Assembly: GCA_028279745.1 (NCBI GenBank)
Contig: JANQNC010000001.1
Coordinates: 750,001 to 782,000 of the forward strand
DNA length: 32,000 bases
DNA from: Candidatus Nanoarchaeia archaeon
GTDB taxonomy: Archaea > Nanobdellota > Nanobdellia > Woesearchaeales > JANQNC01
Reading direction: 5' to 3'
A model generated the notes under the pieces. It was given only the letters and a program-made list of their open reading frames with translations. It had not been told where the DNA came from and searched no databases. The position numbers were made by a program, and so were the translations under genes. How positions within the stretch are numbered: position 1 is the first letter of the stretch; the number at the start of each line of letters is the position of its first letter. Positions 16,950 to 26,175 of the stretch are shown here, piece by piece.

Positions 16950-19900
16950 ATGGAATGCAGCAAGCAAATACAAAAATACTTCGACAGGATCGAAAGAGAA
17001 ACAAAAGAAGCACATGAAATAGCTACAAAAGCAAGAAAAAAAAGCTATGATCCAGAAGATCAAGTAGACATAAAACTAGCTAAAAACATGGCAGAAAGAG
17101 TAGAAGGACTAATTTCTACAGTTGCACCACAAATCGTTGGAAGTGGGATGACAAAAAGAATTCTAGAACTAGAAAAAAAATATGGAACTTTATCCTGGGA
17201 AGTAGCACTACAAATAGCATTAGAAGTAGCACAAGAAAAATTCTGCAAATTTAAAGACAAAAAAGAAGCGATGGAAGTGGGTATAAGGGCAGGATTTACA
17301 TACCACACAGTTGGGATCGTAGCAGCACCCCTAGAAGGTTTTGTAGAATTAAGAATAAAACAAAGACAAGACGGAAAAGAATATTTTTCAATGGTATATG
17401 CGGGCCCAGTAAGAGGAGCAGGAGGGACAGCAGCATCAGTATCAGTATTAATCGCAGACTACGTAAGAAAGAATATGGGTTACTCAGAATATGACCCAAC
17501 AGAAGAAGAAACAAACAGATACTTTACGGAATTAGATGATTATCATGAAAGAGTCACAAATTTACAATATCACCCATCAAAAGATGAAGTATTATTCTTA
17601 GCAAAAAACTGCCCAATAGAAGTAAATGGGGATCCAACAGAAGAAATAGAAGTAAGCAACTACAAAGATCTGAAAAGAGTAGAAACAAACAGGATAAGGG
17701 GAGGGATGTGTTTAGTATTTTCAATGATGGCGCTAAAAGCACCAAAACTATGGAAAAGAATAGAAAAATGGCCAGAAGGTTCTGAATTTGATATGGGACA
17801 ATGGCAGTTTGTCAAAGAGTTCATGAAAATACAAAAAACAATCAAAGCAAAAGAATCATCAAGCGGAGAAAAAGGAGGCAAAGAAGAAAAGCTAAAACCA
17901 AACTACACATACATATCAGACTTAGTTGCTGGAAGACCAGTACTAACAGACCCGATGGCAAAAGGAGGATTTAGATTAAGATATGGAAGAGGGAGAACTT
18001 CAGGATTTTCAGCAGCATCAGTACATCCAGTAACAATGCTTCTTTTGAACAATTATATAGCAGTAGGAACACAACTAAAAGTAGAAAGACCAGGTAAAGC
18101 AGCAGCAATAACAACCTGTGATACAATAGAAGGACCAACAGTAAAACTAGAAAACGGCAACGTAATAAAAATCAAAACAGAACAAGAAGCAAGACATTAT
18201 CTTCCAGAAATAAAAGAAGTACTATTCTTAGGAGATATGATGTTCAACTACGGAGACTTTTCAGAAAACGGACACAAATTAGTTCCACCAGGGTACTGTG
18301 AGGAGTGGTGGATACAAGAGCTAGAAAAAAAGGCAATAGACTTGTTTGGAACAATAGACTATGAAAAAATAGCAGAGACAATAGGGATAGATGTTGAGAG
18401 AACAGAACAACTGCTAAAAAATAACTTGAATGGGATAAAAGCAGAAGAAGCAATAAACATCTCAAAAACGTTAAACACACCTTTACACCCAGAATACACA
18501 TATCATTGGAAAGACATAACAAAAGAAGAATTTTTACCCTTATTTGAATTAATGAAAAAAGCAGAAACAAAAAAAGAAGAAGGCAGGGTAAGAAAAATAA
18601 TAATCCCATTCAAAGAAAAAGAAAAAAGAACACTAGAAAAAGTAGGAATACAACACGCTTTAGCAACTAACGAATATATAGTGATAGAAAAGGATCAAGC
18701 AGAGATAATACAAGAGCTGATTCTTAAAAACATGGATGTTGATATCAAAAAGGAAACAAGCGTTAATGAAACAACATTAGATATATTAAATTCCATAAAC
18801 GAAATAAAACAAAGAGACAAATCAGGAACCTACATAGGATCAAGGATGGGAAGGCCAGAAAAGGCAAAACAAAGAAAGTTAACAGGCAGTCCGCAAGTAT
18901 TATTTCCAGTGGGAAAAGAAGGCGGAAGATTAAGATGCTTCCAATCTGCACTAGATGAAGGAAAAATAAACGCACAATTCTCAACACACTACTGCGACAA
19001 ATGTAAAAAAGAAACAGTATACAGAAGATGTGAAGATTGTGGGACTAGAACAAAAATACAATACAACTGTAAACAATGTGGTGTGAAGTACGAACCTTGC
19101 ATACACAATCCACAACCATACAAAGATATGTCAATAAACATAAAACACTACTTTGAACAAGCCTTGAAGAAATTAAAAACACGAAACTATCCAGATTTAA
19201 TAAAAGGCGTTAGAGGAACCTCAAACAAAGATCACGCACCAGAACATCTAGTAAAAGGAATACTAAGAGCAAAACATGATATTTTTGTAAACAAAGACGG
19301 AACAATAAGATATGATTGCAGCGAGTTACCAATAACACACTTCAAAGCAAAAGAACTAGGTGTTAGTGTAGAAAAACTAAAAGAATTAGGTTACGAACTA
19401 GACATAAAAGGAAAACCATTAGAAAACGAAAACCAAGTACTGGAGTTAAGACCGCAAGATATCATACTGCCTGCAGCAACAGAAGGAGTGGATGAACCAT
19501 GCGATGAAGTGATGTTCAGGGTAGCAAACTTCGTAGATGAAATGCTAGAAAAATTATACGAAGAAAAACCATTCTACAACCTGAAGAAAAAAGAAGACTT
19601 AATAGGACACTTAGTAATTGGGTTGGCACCACACATATCAGCAGGAATGATAGGAAGAATAATAGGATTTTCAAAAACACAAGGGTTCTTTGCACACCCA
19701 ATGTATCATGCAGCCATGAGAAGAGACTGTGATGGAGACGAGGCATGTGTAATATTATTGATGGATGCTTTCTTAAACTTTTCAAAAAGTTATCTACCAG
19801 ATAGAAGAGGCGGAAGAACAATGGACGCACCATTAGTATTAACATCTATATTACTGCCTTCGGAAGTTGATGATATGGTTTTAGGACTAGACACAGTATG

Positions 19901-20480
19901 GAAATATCCTTTAGAATTTTATGAGGCTGCTTTGGAGTATAAAAACCCGTGGGATGTCAAAGTTGAACAGATAAACAATCGTTTATTCACTGAGAAACAA
20001 TACGAAGATATAGGATACACACATAAAACATCAGACATAAATGATGGTATAACATACTCAGCATACAAACTCTTACCTTCAATGCAGGAAAAACTAATGG
20101 GGCAGATGGAGATAGCAGAAAAAGTAAGAGCAGTAGATGAAGTTAATGTGGCAACATTAGTAATAGATAAACACTTCATGAAAGATATTAAAGGTAATTT
20201 GAGAAAATTTTCACAACAACAATTCAGGTGTGTTAAATGCAATGAAAAATTTAGAAGACCTCCTTTGATTGGAAAATGCATAAAATGCAATGGAAAGATA
20301 ATATTTACAATAGCAGAAGGATCAGTTATTAAGTATTTGGAACCTAGTCTAAGTTTGGCTAAAAAGTATAATCTAGACCCGTATCTGAAGCAGAATTTAG
20401 AGTTAACCAAAAAGAGGATAGAATCAGCATTTGGTAGAGAGAAGGAAAAACAAGAAGGATTAGGGAAATGGTTTGGGTAA
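16950..20480 (+). CDS. DNA polymerase D large subunit (DP2, catalytic)
   Basis: 1176 aa with DP2-typical blocks (GGMCLVFSM, RLRYGRGRTSGFSA, GRPEKA, HPMYHAAMRRDCDGDE). Cys clusters (CDKCKK..CEDCG; CVKCNEKF...CIKCNG) and a C-terminal PIP box QEGLGKWF. The length gives no room for an intein. Confidence 0.95.
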   Translation: MECSKQIQKYFDRIERETKEAHEIATKARKKSYDPEDQVDIKLAKNMAERVEGLISTVAPQIVGSGMTKRILELEKKYGTLSWEVALQIALEVAQEKFCKFKDKKEAMEVGIRAGFTYHTVGIVAAPLEGFVELRIKQRQDGKEYFSMVYAGPVRGAGGTAASVSVLIADYVRKNMGYSEYDPTEEETNRYFTELDDYHERVTNLQYHPSKDEVLFLAKNCPIEVNGDPTEEIEVSNYKDLKRVETNRIRGGMCLVFSMMALKAPKLWKRIEKWPEGSEFDMGQWQFVKEFMKIQKTIKAKESSSGEKGGKEEKLKPNYTYISDLVAGRPVLTDPMAKGGFRLRYGRGRTSGFSAASVHPVTMLLLNNYIAVGTQLKVERPGKAAAITTCDTIEGPTVKLENGNVIKIKTEQEARHYLPEIKEVLFLGDMMFNYGDFSENGHKLVPPGYCEEWWIQELEKKAIDLFGTIDYEKIAETIGIDVERTEQLLKNNLNGIKAEEAINISKTLNTPLHPEYTYHWKDITKEEFLPLFELMKKAETKKEEGRVRKIIIPFKEKEKRTLEKVGIQHALATNEYIVIEKDQAEIIQELILKNMDVDIKKETSVNETTLDILNSINEIKQRDKSGTYIGSRMGRPEKAKQRKLTGSPQVLFPVGKEGGRLRCFQSALDEGKINAQFSTHYCDKCKKETVYRRCEDCGTRTKIQYNCKQCGVKYEPCIHNPQPYKDMSINIKHYFEQALKKLKTRNYPDLIKGVRGTSNKDHAPEHLVKGILRAKHDIFVNKDGTIRYDCSELPITHFKAKELGVSVEKLKELGYELDIKGKPLENENQVLELRPQDIILPAATEGVDEPCDEVMFRVANFVDEMLEKLYEEKPFYNLKKKEDLIGHLVIGLAPHISAGMIGRIIGFSKTQGFFAHPMYHAAMRRDCDGDEACVILLMDAFLNFSKSYLPDRRGGRTMDAPLVLTSILLPSEVDDMVLGLDTVWKYPLEFYEAALEYKNPWDVKVEQINNRLFTEKQYEDIGYTHKTSDINDGITYSAYKLLPSMQEKLMGQMEIAEKVRAVDEVNVATLVIDKHFMKDIKGNLRKFSQQQFRCVKCNEKFRRPPLIGKCIKCNGKIIFTIAEGSVIKYLEPSLSLAKKYNLDPYLKQNLELTKKRIESAFGREKEKQEGLGKWFG

Positions 20481-20549
20481 CAGCTGACACCCTCAGATAC
20501 AGAATAACCGCAACATTTATTAAATCTGAAACCATTCTAGAATAGTAAA

Positions 20550-21236
20550 ATGAGGTTAATAGGTGGTCTGTTCAGGAACAAAACAGTATACTTTCCAGGA
20601 TGCACATCACGTGCAATAGTGAAAGAGATAAAAGATAATTATGAACAGATCCTAAAAGAACTAGAAGTTGAGCACATCAAACTAGATGAAGAATTCTGTT
20701 GTGGGCAACCCGTAAAACAATTGGGATATGAAGAAGAGTTTGAAGACCTTAAAAAAACCAATAAAAAAATATTAAACAGAAACAAAGTAGCAAAGATAAT
20801 AACGAATGACCCGCATTGTTACGTCTGCTTTAGAAAAGCATACAACAGAGACGCAGAACACATACTGAACACAATCCTAAAAAATTTACATAAGATACCA
20901 AGACAAGACAGGGGGAAAATAATGTATCATGATCCCTGTTTTTTAGCAAGACATTCAAACATAGTAGAAACACCAAGAAAAATACTAAAGGCAATAGGGT
21001 ATGAAGTTGTGGAAATGAAATCAAACAAGAAAAACACAAAATGTTGTGGTGGTACTTTAAAATTAACAAACGCGCCTCTCGCAAACAAAATGGCGAATGA
21101 GAGACTGAAAGAAGCCAAGATAAAACGAATAGTTACAACATGTCCAACGTGCTACAAACACCTCAAAGATAATGCAAAAGATGTACAGGTATATGAGTTA
21201 AGCCAGCTTCTAAAAGGGACGGTAAAAAAAGAATGA
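20550..21236 (+). CDS. Cysteine-rich (CCG) domain Fe-S oxidoreductase subunit, GlcF C-terminal half / HdrB / LutA-like
   Basis: Two CCG-type repeats: FPGCTSR...FCCGQP...DPHCY and HDPCFLARH...KCCGG...TCPTCY. Confidence 0.75.
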   Translation: MRLIGGLFRNKTVYFPGCTSRAIVKEIKDNYEQILKELEVEHIKLDEEFCCGQPVKQLGYEEEFEDLKKTNKKILNRNKVAKIITNDPHCYVCFRKAYNRDAEHILNTILKNLHKIPRQDRGKIMYHDPCFLARHSNIVETPRKILKAIGYEVVEMKSNKKNTKCCGGTLKLTNAPLANKMANERLKEAKIKRIVTTCPTCYKHLKDNAKDVQVYELSQLLKGTVKKE

Positions 21237-22375
21237 GTAGAATAACTGAAATATTCCCACAAGGGCAGGTGTCTGAAGCACAAGAAGATTTAGAAGCTTA
21301 CTCAATAAAAGATCAAAAAACAAAAACAATAGTCTGGCCAACAGATGAAGAACAACTAAGACAGTTGCTAAGATATGTTATAAGAACAGACACAACAATA
21401 CTGATAAAAGGTAGTGGAACAAGCCAAAGGGTAAAACAAATACCGCAAAACTCAATTATATTGGACACAAGCAGAAAAAACAAAATAATCAAAGCAGACC
21501 TAAAACAAAAAACAGCAACAGTTGAAGCAGGATTACTGATAAAAGATCTGAATGATTTCCTTTTAGACTACGGTCTTGAATTTCCAATAAAACCAGACAA
21601 CCCAACATCAACAATCGGAGGATTGATTGCAGTAAATGGAAAAACCAGAAGAACAGCAAGATATCCAGAACTAATAGACTGGGTGGAAGAGCTTGAAGTT
21701 ATGGATGGTTCAGGAAAATTATACTCTACAAAAACAGTGAAAGACTTCATAGGTAGTGAAGGAGTAAATGCACTAATACTAAAAGCAAAAATAAAACTAA
21801 CAGAACCGATCAAAAAAACAAGAATACAATCATACGCATTTGACCATTCACTAGATGTTTTGGAAAAAATAAAGGATTTAGAACAAGATCCAACATTACT
21901 ATCTTTAGAAATGATAGAAAAAACTTCATCATCAATACTGAAAGAGCCAGAAAGATACTTTTTGTTAGCAGAATTCACAACAGAAGACTTAACAAGCGCA
22001 GAAGACATGAAACTATGGAAAGAGGTAAGAGATTTACACTCGATATTATGTCAAAAAGGATACGATGTTATTGAAGATGTTAAAATACCAAGAGAGAACA
22101 TACCAAAAATACTGATGTGGATAAGAAAAAACAAGATACCTGCAAGAGTCGACATGTCATTGGGAATAATATACCTCTACTTTAGAAAAAATCAAAATAC
22201 AACAATAAAAGAACTTTATCTACAAACAAAAAAACTAGAAGGAAATGTAAATGGATGTTATGGAATAGGAACACAAAAGAAAGAATATATAGAAAAAGAG
22301 CTAAAAGAAGAAGTAAAAGAATTAAAACAGATATACGACCCAGACAACACACTAAACAGAGGAATAATACTATGA
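21233..22375 (+). CDS. FAD-linked oxidase (GlcD / D-lactate dehydrogenase-like)
   Basis: PCMH-type FAD-binding signatures (ILIKGSGTS, TVEAGLLIKDLN, STIGGLIAVNG) and the C-terminal IYDPDNTLNRG typical of the family. ATGA overlap with the upstream gene at 21233-21236. Confidence 0.75.
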   Translation: MSRITEIFPQGQVSEAQEDLEAYSIKDQKTKTIVWPTDEEQLRQLLRYVIRTDTTILIKGSGTSQRVKQIPQNSIILDTSRKNKIIKADLKQKTATVEAGLLIKDLNDFLLDYGLEFPIKPDNPTSTIGGLIAVNGKTRRTARYPELIDWVEELEVMDGSGKLYSTKTVKDFIGSEGVNALILKAKIKLTEPIKKTRIQSYAFDHSLDVLEKIKDLEQDPTLLSLEMIEKTSSSILKEPERYFLLAEFTTEDLTSAEDMKLWKEVRDLHSILCQKGYDVIEDVKIPRENIPKILMWIRKNKIPARVDMSLGIIYLYFRKNQNTTIKELYLQTKKLEGNVNGCYGIGTQKKEYIEKELKEEVKELKQIYDPDNTLNRGIIL

Positions 22376-22719
22376 TACACGATTGCAACGAATGCGGATA
22401 TTGCAAAGAGGCATGCCCAATGTACAGAGCAATACTAAAAGAAACAGAAAGTCCCAGAGGGTTCATAAAACTAGAAAACAAAGAACAAAAAACAACTAAG
22501 TTTTTCAACTGTGCAAACTGCAAAGCTTGCAAAGAAGTTTGTCCATCAAATGTGGACTTTGATATAGAAAAAATAAGACAAAGAGTGATATATGAAATAG
22601 AGACAGAGTCTTCAAGAAGAGTTCTAGAGAATGTTAAGAGATATGGAAATCCTTATGGTGTAGCTGAAACAGAAGAAGAAACAAATAAACAATCAACAGA
22701 TTCTACGAAAGATTTATAA
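22372..22719 (+). CDS. 2x[4Fe-4S] ferredoxin-domain protein (GlcF N-terminal half-like)
   Basis: CNECGYCKEACP and CANCKACKEVCP. Start moved from the track (22255, entirely inside the previous gene) to ATG 22372, which forms an ATGA overlap with the GlcD-like stop. Confidence 0.7.
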   Translation: MIHDCNECGYCKEACPMYRAILKETESPRGFIKLENKEQKTTKFFNCANCKACKEVCPSNVDFDIEKIRQRVIYEIETESSRRVLENVKRYGNPYGVAETEEETNKQSTDSTKDL

Positions 22720-22770
22720 ACACCCAAATCCAAGAATTATATATTATATTTAAAAAAGGAGGTGCATTAT

Positions 22771-23037
22771 ATGGTATTAACAATAGAACAAGTAACACTT
22801 GCAATTATAGTAGGAACATTAGCAGCGATCGTATACAGCATGAGAGTTCTGGTCATACTTGAAAGAAGAATAGCAAACATGGATAAAAACATAGAAAGAA
22901 TGACCTACGCTATTGCTCGAGAAGAAAAGAAAATAGAAGCAGAAGAGAAGAAAATCGAAAGAGCAGTAAAAAAGATAACAAAAAAAGTTAAGACAAAAAA
23001 AGCAAAGAAGAAAAAGGTCAAGAAGAGAAAAAGATAA
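22771..23037 (+). CDS. Small membrane-anchored protein with coiled-coil and poly-Lys tail
   Basis: GGAGGTG lies 7 nt upstream of ATG 22771. One N-terminal TM helix (VTLAIIVGTLAAIVYSMRVLVIL), then K/E-rich sequence ending KKAKKKKVKKRKR. No family recognised. Confidence 0.5.
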   Translation: MVLTIEQVTLAIIVGTLAAIVYSMRVLVILERRIANMDKNIERMTYAIAREEKKIEAEEKKIERAVKKITKKVKTKKAKKKKVKKRKR

Positions 23038-23040
23038 AAT

Positions 23041-23066
23041 CTCTTTCTTTTAATTTTTTTATTTTA
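23041..23066 (+). terminator. Oligo-T tract (archaeal-type terminator candidate)
   Basis: CTCTTTCTTTTAATTTTTTTATTTTA follows immediately after the stop at 23037 and overlaps the 3' end of the convergent trmB-like gene. Confidence 0.35.
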
Positions 23067-23847
23067 GATTATCCCAAGTGTTATCAAATAAGTTTTCTAA
23101 AGACTGACAAAAGAAATTTGAGTTAACCCAAACACCAGAGTCATAAGTTGGATGGATTTTTTCATCATCAGTAAGCATAAACATCAACTCATTACCGTCA
23201 ACAACAACAAATCTTGAACTAATATTATCTGCGTTTTTCACTTCCGCAAACTTGGAAAGTTCTTTAACAACATTCTTGTTATTTTTTGTGATGGGTGCGA
23301 TTATCTTGACTTTTGCACTGGTATTTTTACCGAAAGCATTCTTTAACTCGTCAGCCTTTCTCACTAAACCTTGTTCAGTTGTCATCAATCTAACTGTGTT
23401 TTTAGCATTCTTAAGCTTAAGAGCAAAATGGTCATACATGTTGCTTCTTCCTTTCAAACTTCCTGAAAGATCAGAAGGTTCAACATTATCCATGCCTTTT
23501 TCATGTAATGTGTTTAATTCCTTAACAACATCAGATGATTTTAATTTGGTAAGTGTGTCCATCTGAGAAGCAGCTTTTTCATTAACCTTTTTCTTAACCC
23601 TCTCAACAACTTCTGTAGGTGTTACTGCAACGTACTTGATGGGTTTACCAAGCTTCAATGTTATGAACCCTTTCCTTTCCAGAGATTCAAGAACGTCATA
23701 AGTTCTACTTCTAGGAACGTTAGAAATGTCTGATAACTCACCTGCTGTAGATACACCTCTACTTAACAACGCAATCCAAAGCTTGGATTCGTAACTATTA
23801 AGACCAAAGTCCTTTAACTTCATCAAAAAGTCATTTTCAAAAATCAT
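23059..23847 (-). CDS. TrmB-family transcriptional regulator
   Basis: The N-terminal wHTH LGLNSYESKLWIALLSRGVSTAGELSDISNVPRSRTYDVLESLERKGFI is the TrmB signature. A C-terminal effector-type domain is present. GGGGGT SD-like element upstream. Confidence 0.85.
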   Translation of the reverse strand: MIFENDFLMKLKDFGLNSYESKLWIALLSRGVSTAGELSDISNVPRSRTYDVLESLERKGFITLKLGKPIKYVAVTPTEVVERVKKKVNEKAASQMDTLTKLKSSDVVKELNTLHEKGMDNVEPSDLSGSLKGRSNMYDHFALKLKNAKNTVRLMTTEQGLVRKADELKNAFGKNTSAKVKIIAPITKNNKNVVKELSKFAEVKNADNISSRFVVVDGNELMFMLTDDEKIHPTYDSGVWVNSNFFCQSLENLFDNTWDNLK

Positions 23848-24109
23848 TCTGATTTACCCCCAGTTTTATGTGCTTCTTTTTTGGTAAAGAGCTCAAAAAA
23901 GCTTTTTTTACCTAAAAAACACTAAATAAATGCTTTTTCTACTATTTCCCCATATATTTGCTAAAAAAGCCCAAAAAGACTTCTTTAACACCCTCTTTAA
24001 CTGTTTATTTAGAGAATGAAATTTAATATATAAAACATTCCTTTTTTAGTATTCTCCAGTAGCAACAAAAGGGAAGTTTTAAATAATAAACCAATTTGAT
24101 TTTACAACA

Positions 24110-24670
24110 ATGGTAAAACATCCGACAAGAATGGAGAAAAAGGAGATGGAATTAGAGAGAATCATAAATAATGCATGTAATAAATACTTACGACGAAAAA
24201 AATTAACTGAGTTTCAAAAATTTCTACAAGAACTAGATCCGCCAGAACATGCAATAAACCATTTATACGGCATTTTCATTGGCCAAGAGGACCTTACAGA
24301 TTTTACAAACCTCATGAAAACATCAAAATACCGCCCCCCCGAATTGTACGTGCAGGGACAATATCAAAAATATTTAATAAAACTTAAAACAGACAAAATT
24401 GCTGAGATTAAAAAGTTAACTGGTTATATCCCTAAAGTAAGTAGAAGGATGAGTATTTTTGTAACCGGTAATAGATGTTTGAAGCAAAGAAAGTTCATAC
24501 AACTAAATGAATTCATTAATCTATACGAATTAAATATGCCTCAAGACATGGAAGATGAAACTATTCAAGTCACCTACAGAGGTATGATTCGGGAAAACGA
24601 CATACCAAGCTACAACAAAGCAGTTGACATAACTAAAATTAAGCCGACTGCAAAACCCTTAATACATTAG
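24110..24670 (+). CDS. Hypothetical protein (no recognisable motifs)
   Basis: 186-aa ORF with coding-like composition, divergent from the TrmB gene across a 262-nt gap. Start uncertain (M1 or M8/M12). Confidence 0.45.
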   Translation: MVKHPTRMEKKEMELERIINNACNKYLRRKKLTEFQKFLQELDPPEHAINHLYGIFIGQEDLTDFTNLMKTSKYRPPELYVQGQYQKYLIKLKTDKIAEIKKLTGYIPKVSRRMSIFVTGNRCLKQRKFIQLNEFINLYELNMPQDMEDETIQVTYRGMIRENDIPSYNKAVDITKIKPTAKPLIH

Positions 24671-24804
24671 AAAAATACATGAATAGGAAGCCAAAACTTT
24701 AGGTTTTTTTAATTTAATACAAGAATTCCGAAACAGCATCTATATCTTCGTTAATATTGTTGGATCAAAGCTATGTGTATAAGATTTAGTAGTAAAAATA
24801 GGAA

Positions 24805-25209
24805 CTACAACCCCTTAACAGCGTGTCTACTGCCACAAGCAGCACACTTAAGATAAAGAACTTTACCTTCTTTAGTAAGTTGAGTATCTGGCTTTCCACA
24901 TTCAGTGCAAAAAACATACTCATCACAGAACTGCTTAATCTTTTCATTAATTCTTGAAGCAGGGATCTTAGCACCAAAAACAACATTATTACCTCTTTTT
25001 TCACCAGGTGTTGCTAGACCCTTGAGAACATATTTTAACATCTGATCAGGATCACGATGTAAGTGACTGGCAATTTGAAGAAAGTTAACAATAATTGTCT
25101 TATTACCTTCAACCCTTCCCATAACTTTAGGAATTTCAAATCTTGACTTTTCATGAACAGACTCTGGCATTGACTTCTGAGCTCGTTTCAATAATTTATC
25201 ATAATCCAT
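24805..25209 (-). CDS. eif2b: Translation initiation factor aIF2 beta subunit
   Basis: MDYDKLLKRA...RFEIPKV..GNKTIIVNF..IA..L.RDP, then a C-terminal Zn ribbon CTECGKPDT...LKCAACGS. Typical size of 134 aa. Confidence 0.88.
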   Translation of the reverse strand: MDYDKLLKRAQKSMPESVHEKSRFEIPKVMGRVEGNKTIIVNFLQIASHLHRDPDQMLKYVLKGLATPGEKRGNNVVFGAKIPASRINEKIKQFCDEYVFCTECGKPDTQLTKEGKVLYLKCAACGSRHAVKGL

Positions 25210-25270
25210 ACTAATTGAAGTTAAGTGCTAGTATATAAATTTAGAGGAAAAATATAGCAAGAATTAACAA

Positions 25271-25285
25271 AAAGCTTTTTAAAAG
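25271..25285 (+). promoter_or_regulatory. BRE/TATA element at leaderless spacing for the SpoIIM-like gene
   Basis: AAAGCTTTTTAAAAG has its T/A core centred about 26 nt upstream of ATG 25306. Confidence 0.45.
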
Positions 25286-25305
25286 AACAACTGCATAAAA
25301 ACTAT

Positions 25306-26175
25306 ATGGTGTTTGAATCTTTACTAAGCCCAATTAAAGCAGAAAAAAAACCTTGGGAACTATTCTTTATGGGTGCATTCTATTCATCACTAGCAATAAT
25401 ACTAAGCTTATGGATATTCAGAAAAGAGACAAGCATAGTCATGGTGTTATTAACAGTGGCAATGTCAATACCGCTAATTTACAGAACAATCAGATATGAA
25501 GAGAAAAAAGATGTAGTGATGAAAGTAGGAGAAAAAAGATTATTGGAAGAACATGGAAAAGCAATAGAAGCATTTGTAATGTTATTCTTAGGATTTTTTA
25601 TTTCATTTGTACTATGGTATGTTTTTTTACCTGCCGGAACAACAGAAATAGTGTTTAGTGTACAGACAGAAACAATACGGAACATCAATGGAGTTACAGG
25701 AAGAGCAATAGATCCAGTAGGGCCAATAGTCAAAATATTTTTGAACAACGCAAGAGTGTTGGCATTATGTATATTATTTTCATTCTTATGGGGTGCAGGA
25801 GCAATATTTATCTTGACGTGGAACGCATCAGTGGGGGGAGCATTCATAGGAAACTTCATACGTACTAGACTGTCTGCATTTGGAGATGGTGCATCAATAA
25901 TGAACTATTTCCAAGTATCTTCTTTAGGTCTAATAAGATATTTGCCGCACGGGGTTTTAGAGATGGGTGCGTATTTTGTCGGAGGATTGGCAGGAGGAAT
26001 AATATCTGTATCAATAATAAGAAAAGACTACAAAACACCAAAATTTGAAAAAATATTATTTGATGCATCAGACTTAATCTTAATTGCAATAGCAATACTA
26101 TTAGTGGCAGCATTTGTTGAGGTGTTCATAACACCTGGCTTAGTGAATTTCTGGGAAGGGATCTTCTTAAAATGA
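25306..26175 (+). CDS. SpoIIM-like (DUF95) integral membrane protein
   Basis: FLNNARVLALCILFSF.WGAGAIFILTWNASVGGAF and LPHGVLEMGAYFVGGLAG match the stage II sporulation protein M family pattern. About 6 TM segments. Confidence 0.65.
   Translation: MVFESLLSPIKAEKKPWELFFMGAFYSSLAIILSLWIFRKETSIVMVLLTVAMSIPLIYRTIRYEEKKDVVMKVGEKRLLEEHGKAIEAFVMLFLGFFISFVLWYVFLPAGTTEIVFSVQTETIRNINGVTGRAIDPVGPIVKIFLNNARVLALCILFSFLWGAGAIFILTWNASVGGAFIGNFIRTRLSAFGDGASIMNYFQVSSLGLIRYLPHGVLEMGAYFVGGLAGGIISVSIIRKDYKTPKFEKILFDASDLILIAIAILLVAAFVEVFITPGLVNFWEGIFLK

Noticed and set aside
14310-20410. Many 60-160-aa minus-strand ORFs inside cdc6, dp1 and dp2 (for example 14879-15121, 15760-16095, 17296-17514, 18244-18609, 19516-19845, 19919-20410)
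   Set aside because: They are Leu/Phe/Ser-rich low-complexity translations, the expected antisense shadows of A/G-rich codons in strongly supported genes. The same applies to the antisense ORFs inside tyrS, pan, fen1, the GlcD-like gene (21568-22008), the trmB-like gene (+ strand ORF 23252-23566), mcm and tbp.
16950-20480. Inteins in DP2 and in MCM (28745-30751)
   Set aside because: The protein lengths (1176 and 668 aa) match intein-free versions. The catalytic blocks are contiguous, with no homing-endonuclease-like insertion.
23861-23880. ACCCCC...ATGTGC stretch upstream of the trmB-like gene as another ORB box
   Set aside because: The GGGGGT (minus strand) sits at Shine-Dalgarno distance from the ATG at 23847, and the dyad half of the ORB is not present.
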